Source of the DNA: an uncultured Ignavibacteriota bacterium
Lineage (GTDB): Bacteria > Bacteroidota > Ignavibacteria > UBA10030 > UBA8401
Length of the DNA: 64,000 nt
Direction of reading: 5' to 3'
NCBI GenBank assembly: GCA_903884005.1
Contig: CAISDA010000004.1
Location: 46,218 to 110,217 of the forward strand
A program made the position numbers and the translations under genes. Position 1 is the first letter of the stretch. The number at the start of each line of letters is the position of its first letter. The notes under the pieces are model-generated. The model did no database searches. It saw only the letters and a program-made list of their open reading frames with translations, and was not told the origin of the DNA. Positions 39,764 through 48,019 of the stretch are shown piece by piece.

Positions 39764-40489
39764 TTATTTGAGCACGCGGCGGGCGGCCGCGTAGCGTTTA
39801 TTAAAATACGTGCTGTCCAGCGATGAGATCGTCACTCCGGACCCTGAACTCGCATGGGCAAAGAGGTCGTCGCCGAGGTAGATGCCGACATGTGAAATCG
39901 AACGGCCCTTTGTCTTAAAGAACACCAAATCACCGAACTTTAGTTCGTCGCGCGCGACGCGTTCTCCGATCTGCGATTGTTCCGTCGAGGAACGCGGCAG
40001 GTCGATATCGGCCGCCTGTGCGAAGACTTCGCGCGTGAAAGCGGAGCAGTCTATGCCTTCCTCGTTGCCGTCGCTGCCGTACGAATACGGCGTTTCGAGC
40101 CATTCGGCGATGGTTTCCATCATCCGCTGCTTGTCGACCGAGGCAGAGGTATCGGCTGCGGCATGGCCTGTGGACGCCGGTGCGGGCTCTGCAGTACCGG
40201 CAGCCGATGCGGTTGTTTTTTTCGCCGCGGCTGCGGTCTTTTTCTTTGCAGTGCGCGTCGAGGCTTTTGCCGTCCCTGATGAGGCTTTCACTTGCTTCAG
40301 TATCCGGCCTGTGTCCACTTTCACATCGTCTTCGGCGGCTTCTTCCCGGGCCTCATCACTCTGCGGACGGACAACCTCCTTCTTCGCGCCCGGCTTTTTG
40401 TCTCTGGCAATAGACGCGCCGAACCGGGGCGAGGAAGATCCGCATCCGGTGATGAAAACAACAAAGGCGAGAAGGAAAGTTTTTTTCAT
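39764..40489 (-). CDS. NlpC/P60 (C40) family peptidoglycan hydrolase lipoprotein
   Basis: Lipobox MKKTFLLAFVVFITGCGSS, Lys/Ala-rich linker, catalytic context GIDCSAFTREVF ... GRSISHVGIYLG. The ORF-track start at 40684 would overlap rpoD, so the ATG at 40489 is chosen. Confidence 0.85.
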   Translation of the reverse strand: MKKTFLLAFVVFITGCGSSSPRFGASIARDKKPGAKKEVVRPQSDEAREEAAEDDVKVDTGRILKQVKASSGTAKASTRTAKKKTAAAAKKTTASAAGTAEPAPASTGHAAADTSASVDKQRMMETIAEWLETPYSYGSDGNEEGIDCSAFTREVFAQAADIDLPRSSTEQSQIGERVARDELKFGDLVFFKTKGRSISHVGIYLGDDLFAHASSGSGVTISSLDSTYFNKRYAAARRVLK

Positions 40490-40565
40490 AGTAAGAAAGA
40501 TACACAATTTGCGCCCATCAGGCAAGGATTTGGCGCGAACGCAATGAACACCGGTGTACACAGCA

Positions 40566-40590
40566 CAGCCTCTCGCAAGTGGAGAGGCTG
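40566..40590 (-). terminator. Hairpin downstream of rpoD (weak or atypical terminator)
   Basis: CAGCCTCTC-N7-GAGAGGCTG (9 bp perfect), about 55 nt after the rpoD stop. The trailing sequence is only moderately T-rich. Confidence 0.4.
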
Positions 40591-40643
40591 GGATGTGCAT
40601 TGAGATTTTCTGCATGCCGTGTGCATGACACCAGGCGTGCGGC

Positions 40644-41501
40644 TTATCCGAGATATGCGCGGAGTGCCTTGCTGCGCGATGCATGGCGCAGACGGCGTAT
40701 GGCTTTTTCCTTGATCTGGCGGACGCGTTCGCGCGTGAGATTGAATTTTTCGCCGATCTCTTCGAGCGTCAATGAATGCTCCTTCGACAGTCCGAAATAC
40801 AGGCGGATGACCTCAGCCTCACGTTCGCTCAAAGTGGCAAGCGCGCGTTTGACTTCTTCCTTGAGCGATTCATCCATGAGGATTGAATCGGGCGACGGCT
40901 GCCGCTCGTCCTGTATCACGTCCAGGAGGCGGTTATCCTCGCCCTGGGCGAACGGAGCGTCCATCGAGAGATGCCGTCCCGATATCTTCAGCGTGTCGGC
41001 GACTTCGAACAGCGACATATCGAGTTCTTCTGCAAGCTCGCTTGCGCTCGGTTCGCGTTCGAATTCCTGTTCGAGCGAGCTGAATGCCTTTCCGATCTTG
41101 TTCAGGGCGCCGACGCGGTTCAAGGGCAGACGCACAATGCGCGACTGCTCTGCCAGCGCCTGCAGGATGGATTGGCGGATCCACCACACGGCATAGGAAA
41201 TAAATTTGAATCCACGCGTTTCATCGAACCTTTTTGCAGCCTTGATGAGGCCGAGGTTACCTTCGTTGATCAAATCGCCGAGCGACAATCCCTGGTTCTG
41301 GTACTGCTTCGCCACACTGACAACGAAGCGAAGATTTGCTTTCGTTAATTTTTCAAGCGAACGCTGATCGCCCTTTTTAATTTTTTGCGCAAGATCAATC
41401 TCTTCGGCGGGCGTCAGCAGGTCCACTTTGCCGATTTCCTGAAGATATTTATCGAGCGACTGGCTTTCACGGTTCGTGTATTGCTTTGTGATTTTTACCA
41501 T
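40644..41501 (-). CDS. rpoD: Primary-type RNA polymerase sigma factor (short, Bacteroidota-style RpoD/SigA lacking region 1.1)
   Basis: 285 aa. [16 protein letters not shown], region 2 [51 protein letters not shown], region 4 [23 protein letters not shown]. Confidence 0.92.
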   Translation of the reverse strand: MVKITKQYTNRESQSLDKYLQEIGKVDLLTPAEEIDLAQKIKKGDQRSLEKLTKANLRFVVSVAKQYQNQGLSLGDLINEGNLGLIKAAKRFDETRGFKFISYAVWWIRQSILQALAEQSRIVRLPLNRVGALNKIGKAFSSLEQEFEREPSASELAEELDMSLFEVADTLKISGRHLSMDAPFAQGEDNRLLDVIQDERQPSPDSILMDESLKEEVKRALATLSEREAEVIRLYFGLSKEHSLTLEEIGEKFNLTRERVRQIKEKAIRRLRHASRSKALRAYLG

Positions 41502-41723
41502 AGCATCTTTCGATCATCATTGCACGAAGAAGCTCTTCGTGTCGTGCGTTCATTATCTGTTTTATTCCGGCGTCTGCACGCAGGGACGAACCGGCTGTAG
41601 GCTCACCGGTATATAGAGACGAGTGCACAGAGATTCCAGTTCCCGCAGTGTATCGTTGTAAAACAGAATATACCGGCGTCAGCGGCTTCGAACAGCAGCC
41701 CATGCGCCGGCATTCACACATCC

Positions 41724-42914
41724 TTAGCGGGAAAGAATCGACGTCAGCAGACTTTCGCCGCTCAGCGCGGCCGTGTCGCATCCGAAAAATTCTCCCACCG
41801 TTTTCCCCATGTCCGCAAACGTTCCCCGCGTTCCAAGATCCGCGCCGCGGACCCCGTGCCTGGTGTACGTCAGCAGCGGCACATACTCCCGCGTGTGATC
41901 CGTGCTCTCATCGGTCGGATCATTGCCATGATCGGCGGTGATCATGAGAATATCGTCGTCGCCCATGGCGTCGAGAATACGGGGAAGCTGCGAGTCGAAA
42001 TATTCAAGGGCTGCCTTCATCCCCTCCGGGTCCTGCCGATGTCCGTAGAGCATGTCGAAATCGACAAGGTTCGCCATCACGAACCCGGTGGAAATTTCCT
42101 TCGCGCAGCGAATGATCTCTTCGATCCCCTCTTCGTTCGATTTCGTATGATGCGTTTCGCTCATGCTGCGTCCCGCGAAGAGATCGTCAATCTTCCCGAT
42201 CGCGATTGTGGGGATGTGATGTTCGTGCAGGATATCAAACACGGTGACTCCCGGCGGAACGAGTGAAAAATCCCGGCGATTGGGAGTGCGCGCATAGCGG
42301 CCGCTCGACCCGAGAAACGGGCGGGCGATCACGCGTCCGACAGCATGCTCGCCGACAAGCACTTCTTCGCGCGCTGTCCGACAGATGTCGTATAATCGTT
42401 CCAGAGGAATGATCTCTTCATGCGCGGCGATTTGAAACACAGAGTCGGCCGATGTATAGACGATCGGCTGTCCGGTCCGGACATGCAGATCGCCAAGCTC
42501 CTGTATAATGTGCGTGCCGGACGCGACGCAGTTTCCGAGGACACCGGTCACGCCGACTGCGGTACAAAATTTTTCGATGAGCGCTACGGGGAATCCCTTG
42601 GGATAATACGGAAAGTCTTTGGTAATGACAATCCCCGATAATTCCCAATGCCCCGTTGTGCTGTCTTTTCCCTTCGACACTTCGCGCATTTTGCCGTAGC
42701 ACCCTTCGGCGCGCTCCACAGCCGGCACACCGCGGATGGCGGCAATGTTGCCCAATCCGAGTGTCCCCATCACGGGCAGCGAGAGCCCGCCTGTTCGTTC
42801 TGCCGTGCTGCAGAGTGTATTGGCCCCCACATCGCCGTACAGCGCCGCATCGGGCAATTCCCCGATACCGACGCCGTCAATGACAATGCAGAGTATTTTT
42901 TTGCGCGCACTCAA
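41724..42914 (-). CDS. deoB: Phosphopentomutase
   Basis: ILCIVIDGVGIGELPDA, TGHWEL, ITADHGNDPT. 396 aa. Confidence 0.92.
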   Translation of the reverse strand: MSARKKILCIVIDGVGIGELPDAALYGDVGANTLCSTAERTGGLSLPVMGTLGLGNIAAIRGVPAVERAEGCYGKMREVSKGKDSTTGHWELSGIVITKDFPYYPKGFPVALIEKFCTAVGVTGVLGNCVASGTHIIQELGDLHVRTGQPIVYTSADSVFQIAAHEEIIPLERLYDICRTAREEVLVGEHAVGRVIARPFLGSSGRYARTPNRRDFSLVPPGVTVFDILHEHHIPTIAIGKIDDLFAGRSMSETHHTKSNEEGIEEIIRCAKEISTGFVMANLVDFDMLYGHRQDPEGMKAALEYFDSQLPRILDAMGDDDILMITADHGNDPTDESTDHTREYVPLLTYTRHGVRGADLGTRGTFADMGKTVGEFFGCDTAALSGESLLTSILSR

Positions 42915-42917
42915 TCG

Positions 42918-43112
42918 TTACGCGTAGACTTCTTTTTCGTTGCATTTACACACTGCAACCATGGAACGGTTGAAGCGATAGGTACTTTTTTCGGTCTTCA
43001 CCGAATTGATGTACATGGTGGACACTTTTGCGCCGCCGCATTTCGGGCATTTCACGCCTTTTTCCATCAATGCTTTTTTCGCTTTTTCAGCAAAATCTTG
43101 TTGTTTAGCCAT
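42918..43112 (-). CDS. Small zinc-ribbon-like protein of unknown function
   Basis: 64 aa with CPKCGG ... CKCN (CxxC / CxC pairs) and a Lys-rich N-terminus. 3-nt gap to the deoB start and 40 nt after the GGDEF-gene stop, so placement looks operonic. No family recognised. Confidence 0.55.
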   Translation of the reverse strand: MAKQQDFAEKAKKALMEKGVKCPKCGGAKVSTMYINSVKTEKSTYRFNRSMVAVCKCNEKEVYA

Positions 43113-43152
43113 TGTCTATCCTTTGTGAATGATGAATCGTATGAGAATGATC

Positions 43153-45126
43153 TTAATACACACGTACTAAATTGCCGCCGGCTGCCTGCGCCTGACGCAT
43201 CACTTTTTCAGCGTGCGAGAGGCAGTCGCGGGCGGATAACTCGTCGGTCACGCCGCAGATGCTGATCGTCACGGTGACAGAGAAATTTTTATCTTCTGTA
43301 ACGATCACGTTGCCGGCAATCTTCGACCGGATTTTTTCGGACCACAGGAACGCGTCGTTGGCCGCCGTATCGCTCAGCAGCACCCCGAATGAGCCGTCGT
43401 CATACCGCCCGACGACGTCATAGGCGCGGATGCCGGCGCTCAGCTGCGATGCCACACTTTTCATGGCCGCATCGGCACTCTCGTCGCCGAAGCGTGCCCG
43501 CAATTCGCTCAGAGGCGACAACGCCACCAGCACAACGGAAAGGTCGTCGCCGCTGTTGTTCGACCGTTCGACCTCTTCATTGAGCCGCTGCGAAAAATAT
43601 TTTCGTGTTCCGACGCCCGTCTCCGGATCGGTCATCAAATGTTCGCGCACAACGGCGCGCAAATCTTCGGCATCGAGAGCCATCACGAGCGTTGTGCAGA
43701 GATACTGGAGCGACGCGATTTCTTTTTTTCCATACGACTGTTTCGTCCGGCTCCCGAAGGTGACCGCCCCGAAAGACTTGTCCGCCGACGCCAGCGGCAG
43801 CGCAAGGAACGATCCGCTTTGTTTAAATTCCATTCCCTCTTCGTGCTCATGGAAAAAGACGCATGACGCCGCGGCCACGTCGGGAAAAGACTGCACCCGG
43901 TTTGCGGCGATCGCGGTTCCTGTCACGCTCGCGCCGAAATCGATCGACTGTTTTGCCATCACGAACCGGTCGTTCGCGCGGCACCGCGCCGAGGCGATAA
44001 CCCACTTGCGCTGTCCTTCGTCGAACAGGACGGTCGTCATCGAATCCCACGGCACCAGGTTCGACGCCTCTTCCATAAACGCGTTGAGCACCGCAGAAAT
44101 TCCCGGATGTCCTGCGGCGACGGTCCGCACGCATCGGTCGGCATCCATCGTTTTCATGTCGGATGCGAGGTCAAATTTTTCGGTATAACTCTGCAGCAGC
44201 GACGAGAGCAGTTTCGTGAAATGCGTCAGCTGCCGGAACGTTTCGCTGCCGTATTCGTCGTCCGCCTTGCTGTCGATCGCGATCACGCCGATCGGCGAGA
44301 CGGCGGCCGTGTCGTGCGCAAAAAAGACCGGCACACACACGAATGAATTCACACCCTGCATGGTGCTGTAATAGCAAACGACATCCCGCTCCGCTCCCGC
44401 GGCGATATGATTCAAGAGCGCAGGCTGGCCCGAGAGGGCGACCGTGCTGACCACATCGTTGCCGATCGGAATCTTCCGGTCGGTCACGAACGTTTCGCTG
44501 TCCGTCACTTTGCATTCGACGACCAGATGCTGCGACTCGCGATTGATCCAAAAAAACGCGGCCGTGTGCGCAAAGCAGATCTCTTTCATGACCTGGAGCG
44601 TCTTGCCTAAGAGATAATTAAATTCGTTATGAGGCTCCTGCCGGCCCGGTTCGGCGCTATCGGCAAAATCGGCCGCTGTGTATGTATGCTGCGCAGTGCG
44701 CTTGTCCGTGTCCGGTTTACGAACGGCGACCTTATGCGGTTCTTCGCGCGCCGTCGTCATTCCGGGTGCGAGCAGGGAATTTTTCAGCGTCGCATACGCC
44801 GCGACTTCGTGATCGTGTTCGTCGACCTGGATGCTGCCGCCGAATCCCGCATCATCGAACAGTAGTATTTTTTTTTTGTTCACAGTAGTGTCTTCGTCCT
44901 CTGTGTGTTGTTTCTCCACCACACGTTCTTTCACTGCACGATACCGTTGCACAGCAACAAGAGCTGCGCCGATACAACATGCCACCCCGACCACCGCCAA
45001 CAGGCGATACCCGCTCACAAAACCTGCAAAAAAGAGAAGGACACCAATACTCACGATCGTGATTCCTTTGCGATCAAAAAGGTGCAAAGGAATTCGATCC
45101 TCGCCGGGCGAGTTCGGTGGCAGCAT
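43153..45126 (-). CDS. Membrane-anchored GAF-GAF protein with a degenerate GGDEF domain (A-site lost, RxxD I-site kept)
   Basis: N-terminal TMs (ITIVSIGVLLFFAGFVSGYRLLAVVGVACCIGAALVAV) and two GAF-like regions. The C-terminal domain aligns to GGDEF domains: DPETGVGTRKY ... RAYDVVGRYDDGSFGVLL. The GG[DE]EF position reads DDGSF. Confidence 0.8.
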   Translation of the reverse strand: MLPPNSPGEDRIPLHLFDRKGITIVSIGVLLFFAGFVSGYRLLAVVGVACCIGAALVAVQRYRAVKERVVEKQHTEDEDTTVNKKKILLFDDAGFGGSIQVDEHDHEVAAYATLKNSLLAPGMTTAREEPHKVAVRKPDTDKRTAQHTYTAADFADSAEPGRQEPHNEFNYLLGKTLQVMKEICFAHTAAFFWINRESQHLVVECKVTDSETFVTDRKIPIGNDVVSTVALSGQPALLNHIAAGAERDVVCYYSTMQGVNSFVCVPVFFAHDTAAVSPIGVIAIDSKADDEYGSETFRQLTHFTKLLSSLLQSYTEKFDLASDMKTMDADRCVRTVAAGHPGISAVLNAFMEEASNLVPWDSMTTVLFDEGQRKWVIASARCRANDRFVMAKQSIDFGASVTGTAIAANRVQSFPDVAAASCVFFHEHEEGMEFKQSGSFLALPLASADKSFGAVTFGSRTKQSYGKKEIASLQYLCTTLVMALDAEDLRAVVREHLMTDPETGVGTRKYFSQRLNEEVERSNNSGDDLSVVLVALSPLSELRARFGDESADAAMKSVASQLSAGIRAYDVVGRYDDGSFGVLLSDTAANDAFLWSEKIRSKIAGNVIVTEDKNFSVTVTISICGVTDELSARDCLSHAEKVMRQAQAAGGNLVRVY

Positions 45127-45320
45127 TGTGCGTCCTCTTCCTTGAAGAAACGGCTAAAATCGCATCTAATTTACCTATACTCTGCCTCAAAGTCAAGGAT
45201 TTGCTTAGGAAAAGAAAAAGAGGTTCTTTACGATGGTTGCTTGCTCTCCACGAAAATTTTCTTTACTATATTTATATTGATCCTGGACGTATCCAACTCA
45301 CCTTAAATCTATGTAAACGT

Positions 45321-47831
45321 ATGAAAGCAGTCATCATGTCCGGCGGTTTCGGAACAAGACTCCGACCGCTCACTTGCAACATCCCCAAACCGATGGTCTC
45401 GATGATGAACAAACCGATGATGCAGCATATCGTCGATTTGCTCAAGAAATACGGCATCACAGACATCGTCTCCACACTGTTCTATCAACCGGATATCATC
45501 ACGTCCCATTTCGGCGACGGATCAAAATACGGCGTCCACATGCAGTATCGTAAGGCCGAAGCCGATTATGGCACGGCGGGCAGCGTGCGCAATGCGGCGG
45601 ATTTTCTCGATGAACGATTCATCATTATCAGCGGCGATGTGCTGACGGATTTCGACCTGTCCAAAGCCATCGAGTTCCATGAAAAGAAGAAGGCGAAGGC
45701 AACGCTCGTCCTGACACGCGCGAAGAATCCGCTCGCCTTCGGCGTTGTCATTACCAACAACGAGGGAAAGATCACACGATTCCTCGAAAAGCCCTCATGG
45801 GGAGAGGTCTTCTCGGACACGATCAACACCGGCATTTATATCGTCGAACCGGAAGTGCTGCAGCTGGTGCCGTATCAGCAGGACTTCGATTTCAGCAAGA
45901 ATCTGTTCCCGCTCATGCTGGAACATGACATGGGACTCTACGGCTACATCGCCGACGGATACTGGCGCGACGTGGGGAATTTAAGCGAGTATCAGGAAGC
46001 GCATCTCGACGCGCTCGACAACCAGGTGAACGTTGTGATCGACGGCGAAAAGCAGTATTCCTCGTACATCGGCCCGAACACAGTGCTCAATACAGACCCC
46101 TCGACGTTCCAGGGCAAGGTGGTCATCGGCAGAAATTGCACGATCGGCGCGAACGTCAAGATCATTAAATCCGTGATCGGCAACGGAAGCGTCATTGAAG
46201 ACGGCGCGATCATACGCAATTCGATCATCTGGTCCAAATGCGTCATCAACAAAGGGGCTGAGCTGTCCTCCTGCGTCGTGGGGAAAGGCTGCGTGATCGG
46301 CGAAAATGCCATCATCAACGACAACGTGTTCATTTCCGACAAATGCGTGATCGGCAAGGAAAGCAAACTGGCGTCGAACATTAAACTCTGGCCCGAAAAG
46401 GAAGTGGAAGACGGCGCCATCCTGACGCGCAGTTTGGTCTGGGAAGACAAATGGCTGAGGGAGCTCTTCACCGATTCGCGCATCACTGGCTTGTCCAACA
46501 TCGAAATGAATCCAGAATTCGGCGCAAAGCTCGGCGCCGCATTCGGCGCATTCCTGGGCAAGGGGAAATCGGTGCTCACCAGCCGCGACTCGGACAATGT
46601 CTCGCGCATGATCAACCGCGCTGTGATGTGCGGGCTGATGAGTGCGGGCGTTGATGTTTCGGATCTTCGGGCCACTTCGATCCCGATCCTGCGCCAGGAA
46701 CTCCGCAGCGGCAAGGACGGCGGCGGCATTCACGTGCGCAAATCGCCGTTCGACAAGAATTTGACGGACATTATTTTCTTCGACTCCAAGGGAAAAGATC
46801 TTCCGGGCAACAAGTCGAAATCGGTCGAACGCTTGTTCTTCGGCGAAGATTTTCCGCGCGCAAAATGGAACGAGGTCGGCGGCGTTGCATTCCCGGCGCG
46901 TGCGCAGGAAAGCTACATCGAAAAATTCCTGTCAACGGTCAACACGCAGGCGATCTCGCAGGCTAAATTCAAACTCGTCATCGATTACTCCAACGGCATC
47001 GCCTCCACCATTTTCCCGAACATCCTCGGATCGCTGCAGTGCCAGGTGCTGGCGCAGAATGCGTACCTCGACCCGCAGAAACTGACGCGCGATGTCGATG
47101 AGTTCGACGCCGCCGTCAATCAACTGTCTCACATCGTCACCTCGCTCGGCTTCGACATCGGCTTTCTCATCGATGCAGGCAGCGAAAAGGTCTTCGTCGT
47201 CGACGAGAACGGCAGATTGATCGACAACGACCGGCTGCTAACGCTCGTCACGTTCCTCTTTTTAACGGCATATCCCGATGTGAAAAAGATCGCAGTGCCC
47301 ATCACCGCCTCCGGCGAGATCGATCTCATCGCCAAGGCAATGGGCGTGGAAGTGGTCAAGACCCGCGAAAGCCATTTGGCGCTCATGGAATCGGCAGCCA
47401 TCCCCGATGTAAAATTCATCGGAGGCACAAAAGGCGGGTTCATCTTCACGGACTTCCTGTTTGCCAGCGACGGCATGTACAGCGTCGCAAAGATCCTCGA
47501 AATGATGGCGATCGCAGGCGCCCGGTTCGGCACGCTGGACAAGCAGGTTCCCAAACTGTCGCTTACCAAACGCGTCATCCATTGTCCCTGGGATAAAAAG
47601 GGAAAAGTGATGCGCCACATGATGCGCGACACCGAAGGCAAGAAGCGCATCATGATCGACGGAATCAAGATCATGATGGACATGAAAACATCCACGTCCG
47701 TTCTCATGTGGCCCGACCGTGCAAAACCGACGTTTCATGTCAACTCGGAATCGCTCGATCAACACACCGCAACGCTGCTGGCCGAGCAATACGAAGAAAA
47801 AATCGTCAGCTGGCGCGACGCCACCGAATAG
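45321..47831 (+). CDS. Fusion protein: sugar-phosphate nucleotidyltransferase, left-handed beta-helix, and a phosphohexomutase-like module with degenerate catalytic loops
   Basis: MKAVIMSGGFGTRLRPLT (GxGTR motif), hexapeptide repeats (VIGRNCTIGANVKIIKSVIGNGSVIEDGAII...), then a four-domain PGM/PMM-like region. I prefer the ATG at 45321 over the ORF-track start at 45117. Confidence 0.82.
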   Translation: MKAVIMSGGFGTRLRPLTCNIPKPMVSMMNKPMMQHIVDLLKKYGITDIVSTLFYQPDIITSHFGDGSKYGVHMQYRKAEADYGTAGSVRNAADFLDERFIIISGDVLTDFDLSKAIEFHEKKKAKATLVLTRAKNPLAFGVVITNNEGKITRFLEKPSWGEVFSDTINTGIYIVEPEVLQLVPYQQDFDFSKNLFPLMLEHDMGLYGYIADGYWRDVGNLSEYQEAHLDALDNQVNVVIDGEKQYSSYIGPNTVLNTDPSTFQGKVVIGRNCTIGANVKIIKSVIGNGSVIEDGAIIRNSIIWSKCVINKGAELSSCVVGKGCVIGENAIINDNVFISDKCVIGKESKLASNIKLWPEKEVEDGAILTRSLVWEDKWLRELFTDSRITGLSNIEMNPEFGAKLGAAFGAFLGKGKSVLTSRDSDNVSRMINRAVMCGLMSAGVDVSDLRATSIPILRQELRSGKDGGGIHVRKSPFDKNLTDIIFFDSKGKDLPGNKSKSVERLFFGEDFPRAKWNEVGGVAFPARAQESYIEKFLSTVNTQAISQAKFKLVIDYSNGIASTIFPNILGSLQCQVLAQNAYLDPQKLTRDVDEFDAAVNQLSHIVTSLGFDIGFLIDAGSEKVFVVDENGRLIDNDRLLTLVTFLFLTAYPDVKKIAVPITASGEIDLIAKAMGVEVVKTRESHLALMESAAIPDVKFIGGTKGGFIFTDFLFASDGMYSVAKILEMMAIAGARFGTLDKQVPKLSLTKRVIHCPWDKKGKVMRHMMRDTEGKKRIMIDGIKIMMDMKTSTSVLMWPDRAKPTFHVNSESLDQHTATLLAEQYEEKIVSWRDATE

Positions 47832-48019
47832 CGCTCACGGGTTTTCGGTCGGACTGCTGGGCGAGATGTTAGCTCGCCCAGGGTTCGGCCGGCACGAGTT
47901 ACAGAAGAGTGACGGTCTGTGTATCGCTATGGGGGCATTGCGTTTTTCATCACGACAGATAGCACCGGCCGTCCACGGCGCCGGGCAGCAGCGAATATCA
48001 CTACATCATTGGAGGGGAT

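Noticed and set aside
41467-41781. 104-aa minus-strand ORF bridging the deoB 3' end and the rpoD 5' end.
   Set aside because: It overlaps both flanking genes in different frames and spans the probable deoB terminator and rpoD promoter. No motif is recognisable.
45117-45320. N-terminal extensions offered by the ORF track. Examples are 45117 for the fusion gene, 40684 for NlpC/P60, 57493 for GH106-like A, 51771 for the TPR protein, 39147 for fmt, 30844 for ridA, 1482 for frr and 17591 for nuoA.
   Set aside because: In each case an internal ATG yields the canonical family N-terminus or a clean signal or lipoprotein peptide. The extension would overlap an upstream gene or a divergent promoter region.
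47832-48019. Possible glmS ribozyme or other riboswitch in the 188-nt leader of the alt-glmU/glmS pair.
   Set aside because: The characteristic glmS ribozyme core (AGCGCCAGAACU P1/cleavage-site context, then GACGAGG, then UUCGGCGG, in that order) is not present. Only short chance-like fragments (CACGAG, TTCGGCCGG) occur, and in the wrong order. The leader also precedes the LbH gene, not glmS itself.
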